A DNA stretch of 64,000 nt from an uncultured Chloroflexia bacterium (lineage in GTDB: Bacteria; Chloroflexota; Limnocylindria; QHBO01), in assembly GCA_963825525.1 (NCBI GenBank), contig CAWGTN010000003.1, positions 96,001 to 160,000 on the forward strand, given 5' to 3'. Each line of letters begins with the position of its first letter. Positions within the stretch are counted from its first letter, which is position 1. Shown here piece after piece: positions 17,931-27,696 of the stretch. The notes beneath the pieces were generated by a model, which saw nothing but the letters and a program-made list of their open reading frames with translations, had not been told where the DNA came from and searched no databases. The position numbers were made by a program, and so were the translations under genes.

Positions 17931-18122
17931 TCAGCCGTGGGCGTCGCAGTCCGGGCACATCTCGGAGTCGGGAATCGGCGCCTTGGGCTGGCCGATGGCA
18001 CGCGGCAGCGCGCGGCCGCAGATGGTCGAACCGGGCTCGCCGACGAGGTGAACCTTGCTGAAGTGGCGATCGGGCAGCCGCCACGTCACGTAGCGACGCT
18101 GGCGCGTGGGGGTCGAGGACAC
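17931..18122 (-). CDS. 63-aa putative zinc-finger micro-protein
   Basis: GGAG 9 nt before GTG; KVHLV...TICGR...MCPDC; stop 10 nt before the kinase ATG. Confidence 0.55.
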   Translation of the reverse strand: MSSTPTRQRRYVTWRLPDRHFSKVHLVGEPGSTICGRALPRAIGQPKAPIPDSEMCPDCDAHG

Positions 18123-18212
18123 AGGGCGGGACTCCGTTTGCGGGGCCCAATTGTGCCAGATTTCGCCCCTTTTCACAAACGGTCCCATGATCTGGCAGCA
18201 TGGACGCACACC

Positions 18213-19388
18213 ATGAAACGCATTGGAATTCTCACCGGCGGCGGCGACGTCCCGGGACTCAACTCGGTCATCAAGAGCGTCGTGTATCGGTCCAGCGAGG
18301 TCGGCTGGGAGGCGATCGGCATTCGTCGCGGATGGCAGGGGCTCACGCACGTTGACACGTCCCGTCCCGATGGCGGCGGCTTCCTGCGCCCGCTCGATCG
18401 GGTGAGCACGCGGGCCATCGACCGCACCGGCGGCACCGTGCTCCACACCTCGCGGACCAGCCCATCGTCGATGGGCCAGTCGGCGCTGCCGCCGGGGCTG
18501 GATGCGGCCCGTCTGCCTCAGCTGGAGATCGACGGCGGACGGTACGACCTCACCCCGCTGGTCCTTGAGAACCTGGAGCAGCTGGGCATCGATGCACTGG
18601 TCGCCATCGGCGGTGACGACACGTTGAGCTACGCGGCTCGTCTCGGTCGCGAGGGGTTTCCCGTCATCGCCATTCCGAAGACGATGGACAACGACGTCCA
18701 TGGCACGGAGTACTGCATCGGCTTCTCGACCGCCGTGACGCGCGCCAAGGAACTCATCAACCGCCAGCGCACCACGCTGGGCAGCCATGAGCGCATCGGC
18801 GTCTTCCGCATCTTCGGCCGCAATGCCGGCTACACGGCCTGGTATGCCGCCTATGTCACGAGCGCCCGCTGCGTGATCCCCGAGGCGCCGTTCGATCTCG
18901 AGGCCCTGTCCGCCATCCTCGCCGACGACCGGCAGCTCAACCCATCGGGCTATGCGTTCGTGATCGCCAGCGAGGGCGCCATCTGGAAGGGCGGGCAGCT
19001 GCGCGAGGTCGGCGACCCGGACGCCTACGGCCATCGGCACAAGGCCGATGTCGGCGAGGCGCTCGCCGATGAGCTTCACCGGCGCACCGGCGTCGAGACG
19101 GTGCATGCGGACCTGACGTACGACCTCCGTTCCGGTGACCCGGACGCCCTGGACCAGATGGTCGCGATCACGTTCGCCAACGTGGCAGTCGATCTGCTGG
19201 CCGACGGGCAGTTCGGGCGCATGGTGGCAATCCGGGATGGCAAGTACTCGCACGCTCCGCTGCCCGAGCGCTCCCTCGGCGCGCGCATCATCGATGTCGA
19301 CGCCATGTACAACGTGGAGCGGTTCCGTCCGCGCTACGAGGCGAAGCTCGGCTCTCCGCTGCTGTTGGGACCGGCAGTCATCGGGTGA
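18213..19388 (+). CDS. 6-phosphofructokinase (PfkA family), probably PPi-dependent
   Basis: TGGGDVPGLN, GGTVLHTSR, GGDDT, PKTMDND, FGRNAG. Confidence 0.92.
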   Translation: MKRIGILTGGGDVPGLNSVIKSVVYRSSEVGWEAIGIRRGWQGLTHVDTSRPDGGGFLRPLDRVSTRAIDRTGGTVLHTSRTSPSSMGQSALPPGLDAARLPQLEIDGGRYDLTPLVLENLEQLGIDALVAIGGDDTLSYAARLGREGFPVIAIPKTMDNDVHGTEYCIGFSTAVTRAKELINRQRTTLGSHERIGVFRIFGRNAGYTAWYAAYVTSARCVIPEAPFDLEALSAILADDRQLNPSGYAFVIASEGAIWKGGQLREVGDPDAYGHRHKADVGEALADELHRRTGVETVHADLTYDLRSGDPDALDQMVAITFANVAVDLLADGQFGRMVAIRDGKYSHAPLPERSLGARIIDVDAMYNVERFRPRYEAKLGSPLLLGPAVIG

Positions 19389-20851
19389 CCGGCGGGGAGG
19401 GAGCGTTCGCGCCCGAGCGACGCCTGCTGACGATCGGCCTCATCGGGCTCGTCACAACGGCTGCCTTCGAGGGGATGGCCGTGCCGACGGTCCTGCCGGC
19501 CCTGGTCGGCGAGCTTGGCGGCCTGGACCGCTATGGCTGGGCATTCAGCGCCTTCTGGCTCACGAACATCATCGGGATCACGCTCGCCGGGCTGGATGCG
19601 GATCGGCGCGGACCGGGCCGGGCACTGGCCGCAGGCGTCGTGCTCTTCGCCGCCGGCATGCTGGTCTCGGGGGTCGCCACCGACATGTCAATCGTCATCG
19701 CCGGGCGGGCGATCCAGGGATTCGGGTCCGGTGCCCTGGGCTCGGTCGTGTACGCCTCCATCGCACGGGCGTACCCGGCATCCACGACGCCCCGCATGAT
19801 CGCGCTCATCTCCAGCGCGTGGATCGTCCCCGGGCTCGTGGGACCGGCATTGGCCGGGTGGGTCGCCGACACAGTCGGATGGCGGTGGGTCTTTCTCGGC
19901 ATCGTGGGGCCGGTGCTGGTGATGGGCATTGCCGTCTATCCGCAGCTTGCCCGCCTCCGCGCCGCGTCGCGCCCTGGACGGGCCGGCCGCAGTGACGCCC
20001 GGCGTGGTTTCGACGCGCTGCGCCTGGCGATCGGTTCCACGCTCCTGCTCGCCGCGCTGTCGGTCGGATCGATTCGCATTCCGGGTCTCGATCTCGAGCT
20101 CCCGCGAGTGATCGTGGGCCTCCTTCTCGCCGCGGCGGGCTTGGGGCTGGCCGTCACCTCCCTGCGTCACCTGCTTCCCGCCGGCACCCTGCGGCTGCGC
20201 CGTGGGCGTCCGTCCGTGTTCGCCAGCGTGTTCGCCATCGCGTTCGCCTTCTTCGGCACGGAGGCCTTCGTCCCGCTCACCGTGGTCGAAGTGCGCGGCG
20301 AGAGCGTGACCATCGGCGGCCTCGCGCTTTCTGCGGCCGCCGTGACGTGGACAACCGGCTCGTGGCTCCAGGCACGTGCTGCGGGCCTGGGCGTGCGGCG
20401 CACCCTGGCCACGACCGGCGCGGTGCTGATCGGCATCGGGATCGTGGTGAGCGCCCTCGTGCTCCTGCCGGACGTTCCGCTGGTGACGGTCGGGTTGGGA
20501 TGGGCGATCGCGGGGCTGGGCATGGGGCTGGCGTATTCGATGCTCGCGCTGCTGGTGCTCGAGACTGCGACCCCGGGCGAGGAGGGATTCAGCTCGTCCG
20601 GCCTCCAGCTCATGTTCACGCTTGGGACGGCGTTCGGCGCCGGCGCCGGCGGCTCGATCGTTGCGCTGGCGGAGTCGGGGATGCTCAGCCTGCCGACGGC
20701 CATCGGCATCGTGGACGTCCTGATGCTCATGCTCGCGACCCTTGCCGTCGTCGTGACGCTGCGGGTGCCGCGCCGCCCACCCAGCCGCGACGCGGTGCCA
20801 AACACCCGCGCCGCTGCTGCGACGCCGATCGAACCGCTGGTCCGGGGCTGA
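19385..20851 (+). CDS. MFS transporter (14-TM type)
   Basis: DRRGPG, GRAIQGFG, GWRWVFLG. Confidence 0.9.
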   Translation: MTGGEGAFAPERRLLTIGLIGLVTTAAFEGMAVPTVLPALVGELGGLDRYGWAFSAFWLTNIIGITLAGLDADRRGPGRALAAGVVLFAAGMLVSGVATDMSIVIAGRAIQGFGSGALGSVVYASIARAYPASTTPRMIALISSAWIVPGLVGPALAGWVADTVGWRWVFLGIVGPVLVMGIAVYPQLARLRAASRPGRAGRSDARRGFDALRLAIGSTLLLAALSVGSIRIPGLDLELPRVIVGLLLAAAGLGLAVTSLRHLLPAGTLRLRRGRPSVFASVFAIAFAFFGTEAFVPLTVVEVRGESVTIGGLALSAAAVTWTTGSWLQARAAGLGVRRTLATTGAVLIGIGIVVSALVLLPDVPLVTVGLGWAIAGLGMGLAYSMLALLVLETATPGEEGFSSSGLQLMFTLGTAFGAGAGGSIVALAESGMLSLPTAIGIVDVLMLMLATLAVVVTLRVPRRPPSRDAVPNTRAAAATPIEPLVRG

Positions 20852-20954
20852 GCGACCGGGGGCCGGTCCCGCCTGACCCGGGACATTCGACCCTTGCCCG
20901 TCGAGCGAACAAGGCGCCTGATGGCTCGGAACACGTCGATGTGGAGACCGGCCG

Positions 20955-21539
20955 ATGCTCGAGCCCAGCGTCCTCAGCCGTCGATCGTTCATGCGGCGCA
21001 CGCTCGGCGTCGGCGTGGGTCTGCTCTCGCTCGAATTCGTGGGCGGCACGCTCGCATTCCTGTGGCCGAACCTGACCGAGGGTCTGGGTTCGAGGCTGCG
21101 CGTCGGGCGGCTCGCCGAGGTCTCCGCGGCGAATCCTCGCTTCGCCGAGGGTTACCCGCTGAACGTGGCGATCGCGCGCAGCTTCCTCGTCAACGTTCCG
21201 GCGGCCCGTGCGCTGGCGGGTGGCACACCCATCAGCAATCCTGCTCCGGCCGCTGGCGAGATGATCGCCCTGTGGCGGAAGTGCCCCCACCTCGGCTGCA
21301 TGGTCCCCGAGCTGTGTGAGTCGGTGAAGCGCTTCGAATGCCGGTGCCATGGCAGCACGTACAACATCCTGGGCGAGAAGCTCGAGAAGGGGCCGGCGGC
21401 GCGCGGCATGGATCGCTTTGCGGTCGTCCTCGAGGATGACGGGATGATCGTCATCGACACGCGCGAGATCCTGAAAGGCGCGCCGGAAGGCCAGCTGACG
21501 TTCAGCGACCCGCATCCTGCGGACGCCGGGTGCAGCTGA
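20955..21539 (+). CDS. Tat-anchored Rieske 2Fe-2S protein (QcrA/PetC-like)
   Basis: SRRSFMR + TM; CPHLGC, CRCHGSTY, GPAARGMD. Confidence 0.92.
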   Translation: MLEPSVLSRRSFMRRTLGVGVGLLSLEFVGGTLAFLWPNLTEGLGSRLRVGRLAEVSAANPRFAEGYPLNVAIARSFLVNVPAARALAGGTPISNPAPAAGEMIALWRKCPHLGCMVPELCESVKRFECRCHGSTYNILGEKLEKGPAARGMDRFAVVLEDDGMIVIDTREILKGAPEGQLTFSDPHPADAGCS

Positions 21540-21557
21540 CCGGAAGGGATCGGCCGT

Positions 21558-22745
21558 TCAGACGACGTTGATCTCGGGGCTCAGCCGCGACTCGGTGAGC
21601 CGATCCCAGCCGAACGGGGACAGGTCGAGGGTCTCGTAGCCTCCGGTGACGATCCATTCGGCCAGCCCGCGGCCCACGGCCGGGGCCTGCTGGAGCCCGT
21701 GGCCCGAGAAGCCATTCGCGAACAGGAGGTTGGGCAGGGACGGATGAGGCCCGATGATCGCGTTGGCGTCGAGCGTGTTCACCTCGTAGTGGCCGGCCCA
21801 GGTGTCGAGCAGACGCACCTCGTCGAAGGCCGGAACCCGATGCGCCATGGCCGGCCAGACGAACGACTCGAACGGGCGACGGTCGGCGGTGAGGTCGAAC
21901 GTGTCGGGGTCCGGCTCGCCGGGGCGCGGCGAAAAGCCCACCAGGTATCCCGGCCCCTCGGGGCGGAAGTAGATGCCGGATGGGTCGATGATCAATGGTG
22001 CGGCCCCCAGCCTGGCCGGCGACTCCAGGTGGTAGACGAGCCGTTTTCGGGGGCGGACCGGGAGCTCGATTCCGGCCATGGCCGCGAGCTCGGCCGCACG
22101 AGGACCGGTGGCGTTCACGAAGCAGCCGGCCTCGATGGTCGTGCCGTCTGCCAGGCCGACCGAGCGGATCTCCGGCCCGTCACGATTCAGGCGGACCACC
22201 TCGCCGATGCGCTCGACGACGCCGAGCGAGCGCGCGCGGCGCCGAAAGCCCTGGAGCAGCGCGTAGGCGTCGAACCAGCCCTCGTCCGAGAGCCCCAGCG
22301 ATCCGCCGGCCAGGTCCTCGGTGTACAGCCAGGGAAACCGCCGGCCGAGCGCGCCGACATCCAGGAGCTCGACCGGCACGTCGAGCCGCCGCTGGATCGC
22401 ATGGTTGCGTTCGAGGATCGGCATCTCGCTGCTGGTCGCCAGGAAGAGGTAACCGTTCTCGACGAAATCGATCTCCGGGACCTCGCCGTCCACCGCCAGG
22501 TAGCGGTCCGGATGCTTGATGACGTCCACGCCGAAGCGACTGATCTCGATGTTGAGTGGCGTGCTGAACTGGAGCCGGATGCTGGCAGCCGACAGCGTGG
22601 TCGACGAGGTGCGAAACGTCGGATCACGCTCGATGACCACGATCCGGCCATCGAAGTCGGCCCGCGCGGCAAGAAACGTCGCGACCGCGGTGCCGATGAT
22701 TGCGCCACCCACGATCACGACGTCCGCGCGCTCCACCTGGCTCAT
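21558..22745 (-). CDS. FAD-dependent oxidoreductase, DAO/sarcosine oxidase beta family (FOXRED1-like)
   Basis: VVIVGGAIIG, SAASIRLQFS, WAGHYE, NGFSGHGLQQAPAVG. Confidence 0.9.
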   Translation of the reverse strand: MSQVERADVVIVGGAIIGTAVATFLAARADFDGRIVVIERDPTFRTSSTTLSAASIRLQFSTPLNIEISRFGVDVIKHPDRYLAVDGEVPEIDFVENGYLFLATSSEMPILERNHAIQRRLDVPVELLDVGALGRRFPWLYTEDLAGGSLGLSDEGWFDAYALLQGFRRRARSLGVVERIGEVVRLNRDGPEIRSVGLADGTTIEAGCFVNATGPRAAELAAMAGIELPVRPRKRLVYHLESPARLGAAPLIIDPSGIYFRPEGPGYLVGFSPRPGEPDPDTFDLTADRRPFESFVWPAMAHRVPAFDEVRLLDTWAGHYEVNTLDANAIIGPHPSLPNLLFANGFSGHGLQQAPAVGRGLAEWIVTGGYETLDLSPFGWDRLTESRLSPEINVV

Positions 22746-22775
22746 CGGTCCGATCCTAGCGGCTAGCATGCGGAC

Positions 22776-24023
22776 ATGCCCGAGCCGAGCGTCCGCCTCG
22801 CGCACGCCCTCCCGCCCACGGCCGACCTGGTGGTGATCGGCGGCGGGATCGTCGGCTGCGCCACGGCCTTCTTTGCCGCGCGCGCCGGGCTCCGCGTGGT
22901 CGTGCTCGAACGGCGGGCCGCGCTCGGAACGTTGACCACCCCGGTGTCGACCGGTGCCTTCCGTCTCCAGTTCGACAATCCGGAGGAGATCGCCACGGTC
23001 CGCGAGGGGATCGAGCTGTTCGATGCGTTTGCCGAGCGGACCGGGCTCAGCGGCTGGGATATCGGCCTGCGCCACGGCGGATACCTGTTCTGCTCGCTGA
23101 CCGATGAGACGGTCGAGCGCTCACGAACCCTGGTCCGGCGCCAGCGGGAGTGGGGACTCACCGACGTCGAGCTGCTCAGCGGCGACGACGCGAGGGCTCG
23201 CTGGCCGTGGCTGGCGCCAACGGTCCGTGGGGCGCGCTACCGGGCGGGCGACGGCTGGCTGGACGTCAAGCGCCTGACCGTGGGCTACGCGACGGCGGCA
23301 TCGAACGCATCGGCCATTCCGGACGCCGTGCCGGGAGGCGGCGCAACATTCGTGACGGGTGTGGGCGTGGAGTCCATCGAGGTGGCGGGGGACCGCGTCA
23401 CCGGCGTGCGCACGGACCGCGGGTCCGTCTCGACGCGGACCGTGATCGTCGCCGCCGGACCGTACAGCGGGGCGCTGGCGGCGACGGCCGGCGTCGAGGT
23501 CGTGCTGGAGCCGACTCGTCGACAGAAGCTCGTGATCCCCGACCTGCCCCTCGTGCCGGCGGATGCGCCGATGACGATCGAGGAGGAGTCAGCGGCCCAC
23601 TGGCGGCCCGCCATGCGCGGTTGCCTGGCGCTGTTCACGGATCCGCTGGCTCCGCCCGGTGAGCCGATGGACCCGGTGCCGGTGGATCACGACTGGGCAT
23701 TCGGCCTGCTCGATCCGGCATCGGACCATGCGCTCGCTCGCGTTGCACCCTTCTGGCGCGAGGCGTGGGCCGATGGTGCGCCAACCGTCCACTGGTTCCT
23801 CCAGGCCGGGCAATACGAGTACACGCCGGACCGGCGCCCGTACCTGGGCCCGGTGGGGCCGGAGGGTCTGTCGCTCAATGCCGGCTACTCCGGCCACGGG
23901 ATCATGGCGGGCGCGGGGGGCAGCCGCCTGGTGGTCGACCTGCTCACCGGGCACTCGGATGTCGCCGACAACCCGTACCGACCGGACCGCACGTTCGCCG
24001 AGCGGGAGCACGACATCCTGTAG
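22776..24023 (+). CDS. FAD-dependent oxidoreductase, DAO/sarcosine oxidase beta family
   Basis: IGGGIVG, STGAFRLQF, AGQYEYTPD, GYSGHG. Confidence 0.9.
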   Translation: MPEPSVRLAHALPPTADLVVIGGGIVGCATAFFAARAGLRVVVLERRAALGTLTTPVSTGAFRLQFDNPEEIATVREGIELFDAFAERTGLSGWDIGLRHGGYLFCSLTDETVERSRTLVRRQREWGLTDVELLSGDDARARWPWLAPTVRGARYRAGDGWLDVKRLTVGYATAASNASAIPDAVPGGGATFVTGVGVESIEVAGDRVTGVRTDRGSVSTRTVIVAAGPYSGALAATAGVEVVLEPTRRQKLVIPDLPLVPADAPMTIEEESAAHWRPAMRGCLALFTDPLAPPGEPMDPVPVDHDWAFGLLDPASDHALARVAPFWREAWADGAPTVHWFLQAGQYEYTPDRRPYLGPVGPEGLSLNAGYSGHGIMAGAGGSRLVVDLLTGHSDVADNPYRPDRTFAEREHDIL

Positions 24024-24078
24024 TCGAACAGGACCATGGTGGCATTGAGGTCCCCGGCCCAGGTCCCACCATGGAATC

Positions 24079-25281
24079 GTGCTTTCGCCTTCGTGGCCCA
24101 ACCCGGCTGACGCACGTCGCTTCGTCCCGCCCCAGATTCGGCGGCGGGTCCGGGCGGCGGAGCGTCGTGCTGTGCGTCGGGCGGTCTCGCTGAGCGCCGG
24201 GCTGATGGCCACGCTGGTAGCCCTCGACCTGGCGGCTGCTCTCGCAGTCGGCACCGACGGGGTCATGGCGCTGGCGCCGTTCTCGATCGGTGCGGCGAGC
24301 CTGGCATTCCTGGCCGGCGCGCTCGCCCATCGGGGTGTGCGTGCCGAGCCCCTGGCCCTCGTCGCGCTGCTGGCAGTATTCGGGGCTGGTCTCATCGGGC
24401 ACGGGATCATGCCGGCCGGCCGGCTGCTGGGGACCGCCGAGCTCGCCATCATCCTGGTGGGCGCGGGGCTGTTCCTGCCCTGGCATCAGCGCTGGCATGT
24501 CTCGGCGCTGCTGTTGGCATTCGGGCTGGCATCGGCATTCGTGCTGAGCCCGATGGCGTCCTCGCTGAGCACGACCGATCGTGGAAACCTGATCGTCGCG
24601 GTCGCCATGGCCGGTGTCACGAGCGCCATCGGCCACCAGCTGTGGCAGCGCCGCCTGCGATCCATGCTCGAGCAGCAGTTCGCGCTGCGCCAGCTCAGCC
24701 GCTATGCCCAGCGGCAGGAGGCGCACGTCACCGAGCTCAACCGCGAGCTGAACCACGTAGCCCGACACGACTCGTTGACCGGCGTCGGCAACCGCCTGGC
24801 GCTCGATGAGGCGGTGGCACGCCTCCTGGACCAGGGCGATCGGCTTCGGCCACTTCCGTTCGCGCTCGTCCTGTTCGACATCGACCACTTCAAGGCCTAC
24901 AACGATGCACATGGCCACCTTGCCGGCGATGCCGCCCTCGGGCGGCTGGGGGAGATCCTTCGCCGCGCCACGCGTGGTTCGGACCTCGCGTTCCGCTACG
25001 GCGGCGAGGAGTTCCTCCTCCTGCTGCCGGAGGTGGACCTGCCCGGGGCCATGGCGGCCGCCGAACGGGTGCGTGTCGCGGCAGTCGAAGCTCGTGACCT
25101 CCCGCCCTTCACCGTCTCGGGTGGCGTTGCGCTGTGTGACCCGGCCGACGGCCGCGATCCGCAACCGCTCCTCCGTCGGGCGGATACGGCGCTCTACCTT
25201 GCCAAGCGCGCGGGCCGAGATCGCATCGCCGCCGACGAGCTGTCCGTCGCGATGCAGCGGCACGAGATCGCCCTCGCCTGA
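24079..25281 (+). CDS. Membrane-bound diguanylate cyclase (GGDEF); start uncertain
   Basis: About 5-6 TM, coiled coil, HDSLTGVGNR, DIDHFKAYND, RGSD I-site, RYGGEEF. Confidence 0.93.
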   Translation: MLSPSWPNPADARRFVPPQIRRRVRAAERRAVRRAVSLSAGLMATLVALDLAAALAVGTDGVMALAPFSIGAASLAFLAGALAHRGVRAEPLALVALLAVFGAGLIGHGIMPAGRLLGTAELAIILVGAGLFLPWHQRWHVSALLLAFGLASAFVLSPMASSLSTTDRGNLIVAVAMAGVTSAIGHQLWQRRLRSMLEQQFALRQLSRYAQRQEAHVTELNRELNHVARHDSLTGVGNRLALDEAVARLLDQGDRLRPLPFALVLFDIDHFKAYNDAHGHLAGDAALGRLGEILRRATRGSDLAFRYGGEEFLLLLPEVDLPGAMAAAERVRVAAVEARDLPPFTVSGGVALCDPADGRDPQPLLRRADTALYLAKRAGRDRIAADELSVAMQRHEIALA

Positions 25282-25355
25282 CCCGCCTCCCGACGGCGAG
25301 CTCCGGCCTCCGCCGTATAGTGGCCAGCGGCACGCACGCCGAGCCAGGAGCACAC

Positions 25356-26231
25356 ATGAAGGTCGGCCTGCAGATCAACCAGTTCACGTGGCCCGGTGGA
25401 GCGGCGAACATCGGACCGATGCTGGCGCGCATCGGGCGGGCAGCCGATGACGTCGGCTTCGACTCGATCTGGGTCATGGACCACTTCTTCCAGATTCGCG
25501 GGCTCGGGCCGCCGGAGGCGCCGATGCTCGAGGGCCAGACCGCGCTCGGCTTCCTTGCCGCCCACACCAAACGTGCCCGTTTGGGCCTCATGGTGGGCGG
25601 CGTGCACTATCGGAGTCCGGGCCTGTGGATCAAGGCCACCACCACGCTCGACGTGCTCAGCGGCGGGCGGGCCTGGTTCGGGATCGGCGCCGCGTGGAAC
25701 GTGCACGAGTCGAAGGGCCTGGGGTTCGAGTTCCCGTCATTGAACGCGCGCTTCGAGTGGCTCGAGGACACGCTCGAGATGGCCCACGCCATGTGGAGCG
25801 GCGGGAGCGGAAGCGGCGAGGGATTCGAAGGCCGCCGGGTGACGGCCACCCACCTCATCAACTCCCCGCAGTCGATCAGCCGCCCGCGCGTGCCCATTCT
25901 CGTCGGCGGTGGGGGAGAGCGGAAGACGCTGCGCCTGGCCGCCCAGTACGCCGATGCGTGCAACATCTTCGGCCGCTCGCCGGAGTTCGTGCGAGGGAAG
26001 TTCGATGTCCTGCGGGAGCATTGCGATCGACTCGGCCGGCCGTTCGAGGAGATCGAGCGAACCGTCCTGACGTCCGTCGACCTCGAGGCCGAATCGCCAT
26101 CCCAGATCGTCGAGCGATTCGGCGGACTTGCCGAGGCCGGCGCCCAGCACATGATCTTCAGCGTGCGCGGGATTGCCGACCCGTCACGCCTCGAGCGGAT
26201 CGGCGCGGAGGTCCTGCCCCAGCTCAGCTGA
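25356..26231 (+). CDS. LLM-class F420-dependent oxidoreductase (Rv1855c-like)
   Basis: WVMDHFFQ, TLDVLSGGRAWFGIGAAW, GGGGERKTLRL; AGGAG RBS. Confidence 0.9.
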   Translation: MKVGLQINQFTWPGGAANIGPMLARIGRAADDVGFDSIWVMDHFFQIRGLGPPEAPMLEGQTALGFLAAHTKRARLGLMVGGVHYRSPGLWIKATTTLDVLSGGRAWFGIGAAWNVHESKGLGFEFPSLNARFEWLEDTLEMAHAMWSGGSGSGEGFEGRRVTATHLINSPQSISRPRVPILVGGGGERKTLRLAAQYADACNIFGRSPEFVRGKFDVLREHCDRLGRPFEEIERTVLTSVDLEAESPSQIVERFGGLAEAGAQHMIFSVRGIADPSRLERIGAEVLPQLS

Positions 26232-26274
26232 ACCGCGCACCGTTCTCCCGACCGGATGGCCCGCGAACGAGCGT

Positions 26275-27594
26275 TCAGCCGGAGGCGGCCGTGGGCAGCC
26301 CGCCGCGCACGCCGACCAGGTGCTCCGATCCTCGCAGCCAGCGCAGCGGAACCAGGGCCATCACCAGCAGTCCCGCCGACACGATCAACAGTCCGTCCAC
26401 GCCGAGCAGCTCGGCCGCCCCGCCACCCGCCAGCGATCCGACCACCTGGCCCACCGCCAGGAAGACGGAGTACAGCCCCATGATCGCGCCGCGATGGGAG
26501 GGGTGCTCCTCGCTGATATCGGCCAGCATGCCGAGCGCCGCCGGCGTTGCCCCGGCCAGGACGAAGAGCCCACCGGCGGCCACCAGCGCCAGCCCGATCT
26601 CACCGGGCGGTCCCCAACCGAGATCATGGTTGAGCCCGAATGCGGCGCCCACCATGAACAGACCGCCGATGATCCCGATCGCCATGATCGTGGTCCGGCG
26701 GTAGCGCTTGAAGCGATTGCCCCAGTAGACCAAGCCGGCAAAGAAGACGACCATCGCCACCGCCAGGCCGATGCTGATCTGGATCGGCGCGAAGCCTCCC
26801 ATCAGCAGCTGGTCCTCGAACCCTGGCTTTGGCTCATTGACGAGCTGGAAGATCGACTGGCTGGTCCACGCCCCGATGAAGGCGTTCACCGCGATCCAGG
26901 TCGGGGCCAGCAGCCAGACCGATGGGCTCGAGAGGACGGAACGGTACTCCGCGAGGTTGAAGCCCTTGGCCAGGGCGCCGACGCCGCCGGCTCCCAGGTC
27001 TGCATCGGACTCTGCACTCGGGGCCGGATGCGCGCTGACGCCATAGCGATAGATGAGAAAGCTGACGCCGTACAGCACCGCATTCAGGTAGAACGCGTTG
27101 CGATCCAGGAGTGCCCACAGACCGCCGCCGGCAACCAGGCCACCGCCAAGGCCCGCCAGCGTGGCCGCCTCGAAGCGGGCCACCGTCCGGCCGCGCAGGC
27201 CCTCATCGCCCGATGTCGCGAGCGCGATGAATCCCAGGATGGACGGAATGCTGGCCGCCGCCGCGGCGCCTTCCAGCCAGCGCGTGCCACCCAGGAGGAA
27301 CATGTCCGTCGTGAGCGCTGTCATCACGACGGCCACTGCCCCGAAGATCGGCCCGAGCTGCATGATCGACCGCGCTCCGAAGCGATCCGACATGACGCCG
27401 AAGATCGGCGACAGGACGAGCTCGGCAACGAAGAAGGCGGCCGTCAGGAGGCCCACCTCGAACGCCGTCACCTTTGGCCCGCCGCCGAAGGTGTGCAGCT
27501 CGGTCAGGTAGAACACCAGCAGCGCCCCGGTGAGACCCGTGCTGAATCGGAGCGTGAAGGTGCCGATGAGGACGGCGTTGAGAGAGCGGTGCAT
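26275..27594 (-). CDS. MFS transporter
   Basis: GVMSDRFGAR motif A, 12 TM. Confidence 0.88.
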   Translation of the reverse strand: MHRSLNAVLIGTFTLRFSTGLTGALLVFYLTELHTFGGGPKVTAFEVGLLTAAFFVAELVLSPIFGVMSDRFGARSIMQLGPIFGAVAVVMTALTTDMFLLGGTRWLEGAAAAASIPSILGFIALATSGDEGLRGRTVARFEAATLAGLGGGLVAGGGLWALLDRNAFYLNAVLYGVSFLIYRYGVSAHPAPSAESDADLGAGGVGALAKGFNLAEYRSVLSSPSVWLLAPTWIAVNAFIGAWTSQSIFQLVNEPKPGFEDQLLMGGFAPIQISIGLAVAMVVFFAGLVYWGNRFKRYRRTTIMAIGIIGGLFMVGAAFGLNHDLGWGPPGEIGLALVAAGGLFVLAGATPAALGMLADISEEHPSHRGAIMGLYSVFLAVGQVVGSLAGGGAAELLGVDGLLIVSAGLLVMALVPLRWLRGSEHLVGVRGGLPTAASG

Positions 27595-27646
27595 GAGCGC
27601 GCAGTATGCCGCGCCGGGGTCGTGCCGCGCAGGACCCCGGGAAATG

Positions 27647-27684
27647 CACACGACCCCCGCTCCGGTGGGAGCGAGGGTCGTGTG
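27647..27684 (-). terminator. Stem-loop downstream of trxA
   Basis: CACACGACCC-CCGCTCC / GGAGCG-A-GGGTCGTGTG. Confidence 0.6.
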
Positions 27685-27696
27685 GTCGTGAGCGGG

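Noticed and set aside
17208-18212. 335-aa N-terminal extension of PFK
   Set aside because: It is antisense to the kinase and zinc-finger genes and crosses the ncRNA; PFK homology starts at MKRIGILTGGG.
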